NCBI RefSeq assembly: GCF_038025025.1
Contig: NW_027117339.1
Location: 1,240,001-1,304,000, forward strand
Source: Phyllosticta citribraziliensis
Taxonomy: Eukaryota
Direction of reading: 5' to 3'
Length of the DNA: 64,000 nucleotides
The notes below the pieces were generated by a model. That model did not search any database, had not been told where the DNA came from, and worked only from the letters and a program-made list of their open reading frames with translations. This document shows positions 49,101-59,399 of the stretch, one piece after another. Position 1 is the stretch's first letter. Every line of letters begins with the position of its first letter. The position numbers were made by a program, and so were the translations under genes.

Positions 49101-51133
49101 CTCCTCCGAAGGCTTTTGAGAATGCCAATTTCCATGTGCCGGTAGAAATGACTCATCTCATCCGGCACTTCGTCCAAGACCTCGTGTATGGCTTCTTCTA
49201 TGTGGCATTGCTGGATCTGCTCCAGTACCAGGCGTGCCCAAAGAAAGTTGCCATGGGCTCGACTCATTATCCTCTGCTTGACTTTTTCTCTGACCGCCGT
49301 GCTGCCACGCATGTAACTCAGTCCCTGTTCGACCAGCAGCTTGATGTCGTTCATGTTATGGCCGGTCCCATGCTTGTCGATCCTGCCTACGGAAATTATA
49401 CGAGAAAGACGGTCGAATTCAAAGCTGAAAGAATCCGTACTCCGACTGAATATGCAAATTCGAATTGCGGTCTGAGATGAGGAAATGCCTTTCAGAAGGT
49501 GAATGAACGCTCCCGGTGACTCAGACTCATCCAGAGCATCAACTACCCAATATAAAGGATACTCGAGCTTCATTCTGAACAGAATCTCCTCGTAAATCTT
49601 GCGCCAGATCATGGAGCAATCAGCCTTCCCAAGCCAAGAGCTTTCCGACGAAAGTTTCACCAAAGCGCGTCGGAATTCCGGTATGTCGCGAGCAATCTGG
49701 TACGCGAGAGACCTTAGAACGTAGCCCAATGACTGCTTCTGAAGATCGTTGGACCTGAAAAAAAAATATTGGCAATCGTATTTTGACCGTCGGAGCTGAT
49801 CGATCAAGTAGCTTGAAATTGTCGATTTGCCGCTAGCCGGAGGAGCGCTGTACCAAACGATTCTAGATCCTGGGGTCGGCTCCATCCACGAGAGAATTTC
49901 TGGCTCGTCGAACAGCCATTCGCATGTCCCGTTGATTCTCTGATGACGGAGCTCCACAAGGTCCTCTTCAGGGGTTTTCGATACTGCCAGTAGCCTTTGG
50001 ATGACTTGCTCCTCGTCGGCTGCTTGGTTGTGTAAAGCCCTGGAACTCGCATCTCTCAAACGACCCATGATGTCCTTGAGCGTATTCAAGACGGTTGTGT
50101 AATTCTTATCTCGAGGACTCGAAAATTTGCAGACGTCGTGGTGGTCGGCATCGAGAGGAATGGAGATTTCGCTTGGATAGCCCAGCACCGACGATTCCTT
50201 TTCCAGAATCTTGATCTTTGTAGGTCCAATAGCGGTTGCCAAAGTCTCGTAGAAGGAGTAGATCAACAGTTTTGGTGCAATGTGGCGGAATTGTTCGTTC
50301 ACGTCTTCAATCGTAGTAGATGTCTTGACCAAGTCTTGCACGAAGCCTTTTGGTGATCTGAGCGAAATCGATAGAATCCTATTGAGGATTTTCGCCAAGT
50401 CTGTACCGCGGTGCGGAGTGGAGAGGAACACAACCCCAGAAATTGATTTGACAATCTCCTTGTATTCCACGTCATTTTGGCCGAGGAGATAGGCTTTCTT
50501 CACAACCAGTCCGCCCATGGAGTGAACCACAAAGAGAATGGGAACTTTCCCGATTCCAAGAAGCTCACCTTTGCTACATCTTCCGCGACGCATTTCTGAC
50601 AGAAGCTCTTTCGCAAACGAGGTTATGTTCGAAATGCTTGCTGGGGTGCGGGAAGAGAAGTCGGCATTGTAACCAAACGTCAAGATGCGAGCTTGGCTTA
50701 TGTCTGAATCGAGAGGAAGCCAGTTCCCAGGCCAGAACCTTCTAAGGTCATGATTCTTGGACCACGTCTTTCGACTTCCACCTCCTAGACCATGCACAAA
50801 AATGATGTCAAGAGGAGCCTCATCCGATGGTTGGTGAACGACGTGAAGACCATAGTCATTCCCCTCGACAACGTCTGGAAGCGAATCATGTCGGTCTATG
50901 TCCACCGGAACCGAGGTGGGCAGGGTGCCGCCGGAGCCAGTCTTCGAACTGGAAAATTTCCGGATGCTTACATCAAATAGCGATGGCTTTAAGGTTGACG
51001 CGGCGCTTAGATTGCCTTCAGATTCTGAGGCATTGCGGTATTTGCTCTTGAGTGACTTGGTCGATCGAAACTTCTTCAGCTGTTTGTGTATTGTTAGTGT
51101 AAGATGCCGGCAAGGGTGAGCGAAAAATACCAT
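46184..51133 (-). CDS. Fungal NLR-like STAND protein: SesB-like alpha/beta hydrolase - NACHT - WD40 (ATG exon plus intron 51130-51080)
   Basis: DIIFVHGLGG, VVHSMGGLVVKKA, FLSTPHRG, DADHHDVCKF; GTCEWL, P-loop APPASGKST, Walker B YWVVDALDES, GNFLWARL, HQTAREYF; C-terminal WD-like repeats. Confidence 0.92.
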   Translation of the reverse strand: MVFFAHPCRHLTLTIHKQLKKFRSTKSLKSKYRNASESEGNLSAASTLKPSLFDVSIRKFSSSKTGSGGTLPTSVPVDIDRHDSLPDVVEGNDYGLHVVHQPSDEAPLDIIFVHGLGGGSRKTWSKNHDLRRFWPGNWLPLDSDISQARILTFGYNADFSSRTPASISNITSFAKELLSEMRRGRCSKGELLGIGKVPILFVVHSMGGLVVKKAYLLGQNDVEYKEIVKSISGVVFLSTPHRGTDLAKILNRILSISLRSPKGFVQDLVKTSTTIEDVNEQFRHIAPKLLIYSFYETLATAIGPTKIKILEKESSVLGYPSEISIPLDADHHDVCKFSSPRDKNYTTVLNTLKDIMGRLRDASSRALHNQAADEEQVIQRLLAVSKTPEEDLVELRHQRINGTCEWLFDEPEILSWMEPTPGSRIVWYSAPPASGKSTISSYLIDQLRRSKYDCQYFFFRSNDLQKQSLGYVLRSLAYQIARDIPEFRRALVKLSSESSWLGKADCSMIWRKIYEEILFRMKLEYPLYWVVDALDESESPGAFIHLLKGISSSQTAIRICIFSRSTDSFSFEFDRLSRIISVGRIDKHGTGHNMNDIKLLVEQGLSYMRGSTAVREKVKQRIMSRAHGNFLWARLVLEQIQQCHIEEAIHEVLDEVPDEMSHFYRHMEIGILKSLRRSDRRLSKALLQWTLCSQRSLHLKELSEALRPAFPEFLDLKSTIRDICGQFIHVDGTGQVGMVHQTAREYFTQITRSELAVDLGEAHGELFAKCLSTLMDSRLRVKLLKDSEAFKLEEPFICYAAVSWPYHLRHSSRKDASLKLLVQFLQSPAVLSWIHTLSLVGQLEVMISSSNILRNHSRVAKRLLAGSSQPLHRISDLEILDQWTVDLVKVIGKFSFHLIEDPAVVYKLIPPFCPENSLIHRQFHNPDSAQVLVSGMSHKKWDDNLAKIDLPDKVNADQIICAGHHIAVLGFDGTIFIWSSGDFSQTVVLSHGEHVSKISFNKAGTRLISFGYQSTTKLWSIPSGEVLASCENPANNDAKAITFASDDSKVYAVMDDRIVLWLHIDDFDRGWRILDSALLRETQHIEGAFINTPVCVAFNGDATQIGVSYRSYPLAVWTVDGAKCIGRCVGKGEFRVKAYLSSSWLRVPRFTWNPVSGHIIGIVKGACIFKWHPVTDEYEEVRAVADEVAASSNGKLFLSSRPDGTVTVWNFATLVPLYQLPSDDLVTDMAFSPDCTRFYDIRWNTLNAWTSDNLLLFGASEETFLDNASENPTSSCLSHTSQSDDEDFEDIDALAVAPTGRLYCTGEFDGPATLRNAHTGDSLQLAKGFGPMCRSNLRWSDDGQQLIAWMDGHIVLTRVDRSKNLSLDHVSKTLVEVDSKRVRPNEMLLSRDSKLLLLVFQDKCQIRSVDCSKICISASLERSKKRKWLNHPTHENLFLGVGPHDVRIFDWADFSEQRRMKLGRASTRVDSFTSVREEETMATSMATALTSISPDYLDKVKDHMEVTRVIVDPDRQHLLVQISIGPFRGKVTNCVLVFNSSSLSPDSRDYSMANLPELPIPRHIAEKVNVPLGFLSGSRLAYLDSDLWLCTYRLKPDSFDIGLDPQRRYFFIPRGWTSGKNLELCALMRDGSLLCPKNGQVAVIRGGLR

Positions 51134-51585
51134 CTTGTCGAGTTTCACGCAGCATTGATGCGCATTGGTCTCACCGTTGGAATATAATCACGGTTGCCGC
51201 GGTTCCTTTGGGAATGGAAAAATAGACCAGCAACCCTGTGACTCCCGAACAGATGCTCCGAATACTGTAGATGGAGAAGACAAGAGAGCGCCCGAGTCTG
51301 TGGTGTTATCGAAGGACAACTCATTCTTTCAGGATAATTCCCAGCGATTATGCGCGCGCGCCCCAGAGTCACTCGGCCAGGATTGGTGCATTCGGTGGGG
51401 ATGTGGTGGGTCGCTTCTCCGAAAGAGGCGAGTTTCCCCTCACTTGCGCCAACAATAGATCTCCCTAAGCGCTTCGCAACACACGACCTCATTAGCATAG
51501 CAGGATCTTTGCGACAGAGCTTGAGAAAGTTCCGACAATCTCGAACGAGTTTCCAGGTCACTTTTGCAACCTCTTTTTCTGAAAC

Positions 51586-52753
51586 ATGAGCAGGTCAGTC
51601 AGCACTCGTCTCGAGAACGTCGAAAGCGGGCCATATACAACGTCGAGCGACTTCGTGGTAGACGAGAATGTTGTCGCCAAATTTCCTGCCGGCAGTCGGG
51701 TCAGGTCCGCCATTCGACTGGCAAAGTCGACATGGACAACCACAGCACGCCTGCGAGTCGAATTTCCTGGAGGATGCGAGCGGGAGTTCTTCCTCAAGGC
51801 CGCTACCGAGGACGCTGGTAAGGCACTGGCAAAAGGTGAATTCCATGCCATGTCTGAAATCTTCAAAGTGGCTCCAGATATGGTTCCCCGGCCGTGGTCT
51901 TGGGGGAAATATGCAACTGGCCATCCAGAGACCTACTTTCTCCTATCAGAATTCGTCGACATGGACGAGTGCGTCCCTGATCCGGATCAACTTTGCCGAA
52001 AATTATCACGGCTGCACCAAGAAAGCAAGTCTCCGACTGGTCAATTCGGTTTTCACACCGTGACCTGTCAAGGACAAACTCCTCAGGCTGTATCCTGGGA
52101 AAGCAGCTGGACAGCATTCTTCCTCAAGTTACTACGCCATGTTGTGCGACTGGATTTCGAGACGAATGGTTACTGGGAAGAGCTCGACGTTTTGGAACGC
52201 AGAGTCATTGCGCAAGTAATTCCGAAACTGATCGGAGCGCTCGAGAGAGATGGAAGACGTGTTAAGCCTTGCTTGATTCACGCAGATCTTTGGGAAGGAA
52301 ACACAGGGACGAGTCGGAAGACGGGCGAAGTCTTCATTTTCGATGCCGCCTCGATCTACGCCCACAACGAAATGGAGACCGGAAACTGGAGGTGTCATTA
52401 CAACAAAATACACAGAAAGGTGTATAGGGATACTTACCTACGATATGTCAGGCCAAGCGAACCCCTGGATCAATGGGATGATAGGAATCGAATGTACTGC
52501 ATTTATTTCAACATGATGTTCTCAGTCAATCATCACAGAGCAGGACATGCAGTGCGACAAACGTAAGTGAATCAATGCAAAAGTACGGTGTTGTCATTGA
52601 CGATGATGCAGCGCATATGATGACATGTACTTTCTTGTCGACAAATACGCTCCATTTCCGAGCAATGAGGGACCAGCAAGATTGCTGGAAAGCGAGAGGG
52701 TCTCGCTGTCAGCAGAGAGGGATCACACCGCTTCTGATTCCTGGAAGATTTAA
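51586..52753 (+). CDS. Fructosamine kinase family (protein-ribulosamine 3-kinase-like) protein; intron 52563-52611
   Basis: FFLK, GEFHAM, SPTGQFGFH, PCLIHADLWEGN, IFDAASIYAHNEME, DDRNRMY. Confidence 0.9.
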
Positions 52754-53048
52754 GATGTAGCTCGTCGTTCATGTTGAATGATGACGGCAGAATCCAGACA
52801 TAGTATGACGCTCTTGCTATCTAGGTGTGTGTTGCCTGCTCATAAGACTTAGCGTCGCTTGAGGTGTCCACATGGAAGGTCAAGCAGGTCCACGTGCGTG
52901 TACACAGCCCCAGGGGCAACCCTGCCGGTGAGTAACTTGCTAGGTCAGTTCGCAATGGGCAGCCTGTTTTTTAATATTTTGCAGCGCCACGGACAACTCA
53001 ACATAGCGGTTGTTAAAGGCATGGTAGCTCTTCGCCTGTCTGCGAGGC

Positions 53049-53217
53049 TGAATGATAGCTCCCTGGGAGTAGCTGTAGTTGTAGTGAATGATAGATTACT
53101 AGGAGTGGCGATGGTAATGAACGAAAGCTCCCTACGCGCAACCGTGATAGCGGATGACTACTCACTAGGTGGGGCAATGGTGGTGAATGACAACTCCTTG
53201 ATCCCTGCAGTAATGCC
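53049..53217. repeat. Five degenerate ~33-bp tandem repeats (TGAATGAtagCTCCCTagg...)
   Basis: Units of 36,33,33,33,33 bp starting tgaatgatagctccctg / tgaatgatagattacta / tgaacgaaagctcccta / cggatgactactcacta / tgaatgacaactccttg. Confidence 0.75.
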
Positions 53218-54631
53218 AGGAACTGGCACTTCTTTTGATGTCTGCTGTGTCACTTTGTGAGAATTCATCTTGTCTAGCAGAGCTGCACTGCGGGATTCCT
53301 GGAAACCGGATGGCGCTGCGATTCTCTCTGACTTCGTCCAATTCATGTTCAAGACGCAATGACAAAACGCAGTGGCTTTAGAAAGAGAAGCGAGACCTAT
53401 GGCTTCGTGTCGTGCAAAATGCCGCCTTCCTCTTGCCCAGACGTCGCTTGCTCGGTTCAAATCTTGAGAAGTCCGAATGCAAGAGTGCTTATGCAATGCC
53501 GCCACACGAGGCGCTCAGTCGTGGCCATGCCATTAGCCGGTCAGAGCAACGGGCGTGCAAAGAAAAGAGGCACAACGGACCGTCGGCACGTCAAGCGGAT
53601 CAACCGGGCGGATCTGTAGAGTCCTTTTGCGGGAGATCGCTTAAGCAGAACATCCGGGATCCGGCTTCGTGTTTTTCAATTGGAGCAGTTTCAGGACAGT
53701 TGCCCAAATTTTAGATGAGGTCCTTCTCCAGTCGATGTTGGCGTTCCGCTGTCATTTGAGAGCGTGGCATGTTCGGCTGCGCTCCCGTGGACCCGGAGAG
53801 AGGCCGGAAATTCTTGTGGGTGGAAGCCAGGCAAGTCTTGGTGGCCTGCAACGCGTGGTCGGGCCGTGGCATCGACGCGTCTGTCTGCATGTGGCGGCGT
53901 CGGTACGACTCGAATTACCGTCTGATCGGTTCCTAGATCTGGACAGTGCCATGAGTCGAGCTGGCATCGGTTAGAGAGAGGGTGATTCGATGTCCCCCGA
54001 ATTACATGCACCGGCAACCGGGTTTCCTGTGATGTTTTCGAGTCGAGGAAAAGGCTTGAGTTGAGCTTGAACGGGTCCGCTGAAGCTTGGCCTTTGACCC
54101 CTTGGAGGCCGGGAGAGGCAAGCAGGAGGAGGAATAGTTCCAGAAGCAAACATGGCATGCGTAAAGGGGCGCATTGCTTGGCGTTTCAATTGGCGTAGCG
54201 AGCGGGACCGCCAAGCCTTCTCTTACTGCAAATCGACCTGGCCCGTGAGAGCAATGTCTTGGCGTGCCCCCGGTGTTGAGTCTGGATGGTGGAAACGGAT
54301 CAATCAACTTCACCGAATCGATCCACATTTTCCCGATGCGCTGTGTCTCCACCGTCCTGCTTCGTTCGGACGCCTGCTTCGGCCGCTGCCCGCAGCTGCG
54401 CTTTTGCCAGTCTGCGAAACGTCAGTCCTGTTTCATGGCTTTCTGCCCCCATGCTCCCTCAACTCCTGCAGCCCAGCTGCCAGATTCGCTTGGGTCACGC
54501 CGAGCGACTCAGTCGCTCCCGGAGATGACGGCCCAGAAACGGGTGTTGTTCTGGTGGAGAAATCGTCTCCGTTGTTGTCGAGTGTCGACATCGTGTGGTT
54601 CGTAGGCGAGTTCCTGGCTGTCGACCCTCCA

Positions 54632-54637
54632 TATAAA
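54632..54637 (+). promoter_or_regulatory. TATA box of the pectate lyase gene
   Basis: TATAAA about 110 bp upstream of ATG 54743, followed by a CT-rich leader. Confidence 0.6.
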
Positions 54638-54742
54638 TGTATACCTTTGTCTGCCTTGAAACTTCATTCACCATCCAGTCCTTCCTTCTTCCCTATTCCC
54701 TCTTTTCCAACAGTCGAGCCTGCTGTGCAGCCCACTATCACC

Positions 54743-55844
54743 ATGAAGACCGCAGCTCTTACAACCTTTGCCCTTTCCATGCTCAGCCAGCTGGCTCTGG
54801 CTGCCCCGACCAAGACCAACAACGAGAAGAGCAACGTCCTGGCCAAGCGTGCCGCCATTACTGATGGCCCCTCGGTTGGTTTCGCCACCCTGAACGGCGG
54901 CACCACTGGTGGCAAGGGCGGTACCACGACCACCGTCTCCGACCTGGCCAGCTTCACTGAGGCCGCCACCGCCGACGGCGCTCAGGTTATCGTTGTCAGC
55001 GGTACCATCGAGGGCGGTGCCAAGGTCAAGGTCACCTCGGACAAGACCATCGTCGGCCAGGACTCCAAGGCCATCCTCAGCAACATTGCCCTCTACGTCA
55101 AGGGCCAGAAGAACGTCATCATCCGCAACTTGACCATCAAGGAGGTTTTGGCCGAGTACGGTGATGCCATTGGTATCCAGGAGTCGACCAACGTCTGGGT
55201 AAGAATCCTCCTTGGTCCCGGACGCAACCCCTGAGCATGACTGACAGGCCTAGGTTGACCACTGCGACCTTTCTTCCAACCGTGACCACGACAAGGACTA
55301 CTACGACGGTCTGCTCGACGTCACCCACGCTTCCGACTACGTGACCATCTCCAACACCTACCTCCACGACCACTGGAAGGCCTCTCTTGTTGGTCACTCC
55401 GACTCCAACGGCGACGAGGACACCGGCCACTTGACCGTCACCTACGCCAACAACTACTGGAAGAACATCAACTCGCGTATGCCCTCGTACCGCTTCGGAA
55501 CTGGCCACATCATCAACAGCTACTTTGAGGACTGCAACGACGGAATCAACACTCGCCAGGGGTAAGTGGAAGCAGCTTTCCCAGAGAAGCTCACAGATTG
55601 CTAACACCATGACAGTGCCCAGCTCCTCATCGAGTCCAACGTCTTCTCCGGCCTGAAGAAGCCCATCTACTCCACCGACTCTGGCTACGCCACCGTCAAC
55701 GACAACGACTTTGGCTCCGGCGAGAACGCTGCTGAGGCGGGTAAGCTCTCCAAGTCTGACCTTGGCTACGAGTACACCCTCCTTGGCTCCGGTAAGGTCA
55801 AGTCCGCCGTTGTTGGTACCGCTGGTGCCACCCTCACCTTTTAA
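54743..55844 (+). CDS. Secreted pectate lyase, polysaccharide lyase family 1 (introns 55199-55253 and 55562-55616)
   Basis: Signal peptide, KR Kex2 site, GFATLNGGTTGGKGG, NVIIRNL, WVDH, YYDGLLD, KASLVGHSDSN, SRMPSYRFGTGH. Confidence 0.95.
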
Positions 55845-56555
55845 GCGACGGTCTTGGCTGATGGAGCATGACTGACGGTTGCAATTGATCGCGGTTTTCT
55901 TGAGAAATCTTGTAAATGATTATATCGAGCATAGCATGGCAATGAGCATCCGTTCTCTGGATTGAATTTTCGCGATTGACTGAGATGATTCCGTGTCCTG
56001 ACGTGTCTTGGGCCGCGTGTGACCAGGCTGCAGTGGTTCCCAACAGAATTACGCATGTGGTGAATTGGGGGCGGTGCGTGCCGCAATGCATGTTGGAAAC
56101 AGCCCCCTATGTGACTGGTAGAGGATGATAACTCCTCGGAAGCGACCATGGCAGTGGACGACAGCGTGGCGGATGAAAGCTCGGTGGCCGATGAAAGCTT
56201 GAGCGCGAACGAGCAGCCGACTTTTTGCTAGAAGAGTTGAGGGGTACATCCTTCTCTTCGCTGTCTGCGGGGCTACCTGAATGATCCGATTACGAGTCCT
56301 GGATGATCAGAAAAGAGTAAGACTTGTGATCTTGTGTCGGTGATGTTGGTCCGATGGTGAGCAGAGAGGGCGCGTGGTAAAAGGAAGTTTGGCGTTGAAA
56401 GAAGCTCGTTGGCCGGCCCAAGCTCCCACTCCCAGGCTCTGCGGTGCCGGTGCGGGTATCGATAGCGCATCTCCGGCACCTTCAATCCGGATCGGCAAGA
56501 AGCGGCATACAACAGTCATACTTTCTTTCGCCCCATCGCCTCGCATTGTTTGCTG

Positions 56556-57839
56556 ATGAAACCTCCTCGTTCCTTCCGTTTTGTTCGCAAATCCTGTCTT
56601 TTCTCCTCTCCTTCATCCCAATTCTTCTCCGGTTCCATCAGCGCACCCATTCGTCTCCAGAACCAAGCACGAACAATGACGGGCAACACCCCTCTTCACA
56701 ACTTCTACCCGGGACCCTCTGCGAAAAAGCTCGAGGCCACGGCATCGCACCTTACCAATGGCCACGCAAACGGCTCTGTCGACCACTGGGCAACGCCTGG
56801 CCCAGCGGCCTTTGATTTCCGCTCCGACACAATCACGACCCCCACTGCTTCCATGCTCACAGCCATCTCTGCAACTACGCTTCGCGACGACGTCTACCAA
56901 GAGGACCCAACCACCAATTCTCTACAAGAATGGATTGCCGACATGACTGGCAAGGAAGAAGGTCTTCTCGTAATGAGTGGCACCATGGGCAACCAAGTTG
57001 CGATCCGCGCGCATCTGGCCGGACCACCTCACGCGGTTCTATGTGACCACCGCGGACACATTCTGACTGCCGAAGCCGGAGGAGTTGCCAGTCTGTGTGG
57101 TGCCATGGTCCAAGGTGTGGTGCCTTCCAACGGACACCACTTGACACTGGAGGACGTCAAGGCGCATGCGTGCCTGAGCGACGACATCCACGGCTGCCCA
57201 ACCAAGCTGATAAGCCTCGAGAATACCCTCGGCGGAACAATCATGCCGCTGGAGGAGGCCAGGAGAATCAGCAATTGGGCGCGCGAGCACGGCATCATCA
57301 TGCACTTGGATGGAGCCCGACTGTGGGAAGCGGTCGCCGCCGGTGCCGGATCCATGAAGGACTACTGCGACTGCTTCGACACCGTGCAACTGTGCTTCAG
57401 CAAGGGATTGGGAGCCCCCATGGGAAGCATCATTGTTGGTCCCAAGGCCTTCGTCCAGCGCTCGAGATGGATCCGCAAAGCGATAGGCGGTGGTATTCGC
57501 ATGGCTGGTATCCTATCAGCTGCAGCAAGGACGGCCGTCGAAGAGACCTTTCTGGGAGGCAAACTCCAAGAGACGCATCAAAAGGCAAAGCGGGTTGCTG
57601 CAACTTGGGAAAAGCTTGGCGGCAAATTGGCCATGCCTACAGAGACCAACATGGTCTGGTTGGATCTTAAGGCGGCCGGCGTCGACCAAGCAGATTTTGT
57701 GAATCTGGCCCACCAAAAGGGCATCGATACTTGGGGTCCAAGGAACATCATCCATTACCAGGTCTGCGAAGAAGCCTTACAAAGGCTTGAGCAGACCATG
57801 GAAGAGGTCCTAGCCAAGGCCAAGAACGGCACAAAGTAA
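56556..57839 (+). CDS. GLY1: Low-specificity L-threonine aldolase; alternative start at 56676
   Basis: AFDFRSDTITTP, SGTMGNQ, ISLENTLGG, HLDGARLWEA, PLP-lysine CFSKGLGAPMGS; intronless. Confidence 0.94.
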   Translation: MKPPRSFRFVRKSCLFSSPSSQFFSGSISAPIRLQNQARTMTGNTPLHNFYPGPSAKKLEATASHLTNGHANGSVDHWATPGPAAFDFRSDTITTPTASMLTAISATTLRDDVYQEDPTTNSLQEWIADMTGKEEGLLVMSGTMGNQVAIRAHLAGPPHAVLCDHRGHILTAEAGGVASLCGAMVQGVVPSNGHHLTLEDVKAHACLSDDIHGCPTKLISLENTLGGTIMPLEEARRISNWAREHGIIMHLDGARLWEAVAAGAGSMKDYCDCFDTVQLCFSKGLGAPMGSIIVGPKAFVQRSRWIRKAIGGGIRMAGILSAAARTAVEETFLGGKLQETHQKAKRVAATWEKLGGKLAMPTETNMVWLDLKAAGVDQADFVNLAHQKGIDTWGPRNIIHYQVCEEALQRLEQTMEEVLAKAKNGTK

Positions 57840-59078
57840 AAACGGGACGAGCGATTTCTTCATTCTTGTACAGTTCTCATTTTCTTATTCTTCTCTTTGT
57901 TCATTGAAGTCCTCATGAGCGTTCACTTAAGAGTCAGCTGGGCGGAAAATGGCAAGATTGGTTGATCTGGGTGCACAATAGACGCTGGAAACAAAGTTCC
58001 TCCACTACCACGTCACTGAATATGTTTTTCTTACACCTCTGTCTTGTTGATATCTTGTTCTCGCCACTGGCTGGGAAACGGTGCGTTCGGCCCCTGACGC
58101 CCGGCACAATCTACTGGTGTCCCGCCCGTCAATGCGGATCTCGCTACCCGGATAGTGTGCGTCTGGCTTGCCCCGATGCACCCGTAGGTATTTTTCAACT
58201 TTCATCCTTTCGACATGAGCATCTCAGCCCTGCATCAAGGCGCACTTCGGCTGTGATTGGTCGCAGACCCGATACCCAAAAGAGGCAAGTGGATCCACAA
58301 ATCAGACGTTAAGGATCCCGACGGGTAGGGCGCCGACTACCGAGAATCGATCCCGCAGGTACGTACTCAACACACTCGCCATCTACTGACGCATCATCAG
58401 CTGAGATGCCCCAGGCGTCCACCATCTCAAAGAGCCGCCGGTGTGTAGCAGCACGCAACTTGCACCGCCTGACGGATTACGTGACGGACGCGGCCGTGCG
58501 TCCATTCGTGGCAGGAGTGAGGCAGTGCTTACCACCTCTCTACGGCTCGCGCGAAGATCAAGTTCCCACAACGAGTTCGCAAGCAATCCAGAGCCGGTGT
58601 GGCAGAGCGGTGGCTAGTTGACCCGCCAGCAGAGCCGTCCGTTACGCGTCACAGGGGCATTCTCCAATCATTGCGTTGCTCGGTCAGATGGGAAGAGCCG
58701 AGCAGCCTCGCTCATGCGTCATTGAGCCTCTTCTTGAACCGACAACGCGTACACCGCGTGGGAACGTTGGATGGCCGCAGTCACTGATCAGCCTAGCTGT
58801 TGCGTAGGCGCTTCATTTCCTTTGTATGCGCAGCCTTCCTTGTGAGCAGCAGGTTTGGAGTGAGATGGGTGTTGAAAAAGGCCACAGCCGTGCCGTTTGC
58901 GGCGAAACCATCACCGTCTTTATCTGCCATCATTCATTGACAGAACCCTCCCCTCTACGACTATTTTACATTCCTGCTCCCTCCCTTGCATTGCTGCAAA
59001 CCACCAATTACCGTCCCCAGCTAGTTACCCGGTCACCACGCGAGAGCTTTTCCAATCCAATTCCACCCCACGGCAACC

Positions 59079-59399
59079 ATGACTGCATTCCTCGCCTCCC
59101 AATTCGTCGGCCTGCCTGTTTTCATCAACGACTTTTCCGTCTTCGAGTCGCGCAAACACGATGGCGGGCCGTCAGAAATCAAAAAGCCGGCCTCGACATC
59201 CGCTCGGTCGACGCCTTCCGTCGAGCAGAATACCAAACAAGACCCCGAATGGCGCGGTCTGCTTAGCCTACCCACGCCCGAGAGAAAGCCAATCGAGCCC
59301 TGGTCCATCTACTTTCGCTTCCCGATCGTCCTCGAGCGCAAGGAGGTCGACGAGTCTCGCAACTACCGATCGCATGGCAACTTGGAAGAGCAGGATTGA
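59079..59399 (+). CDS. Orphan hypothetical protein (106 aa)
   Basis: CAACCATGA start context after a CT-rich leader; C-ending codon bias; no recognisable domain. Confidence 0.4.
   Translation: MTAFLASQFVGLPVFINDFSVFESRKHDGGPSEIKKPASTSARSTPSVEQNTKQDPEWRGLLSLPTPERKPIEPWSIYFRFPIVLERKEVDESRNYRSHGNLEEQD

Noticed and set aside
53049..53217. CRISPR-like array
   Set aside because: Eukaryotic context, degenerate contiguous units without unique spacers, no cas genes
54152..54742. Long N-terminal extension of the pectate lyase ORF
   Set aside because: TATA box at 54632 and signal peptide at ATG 54743 mark the true start
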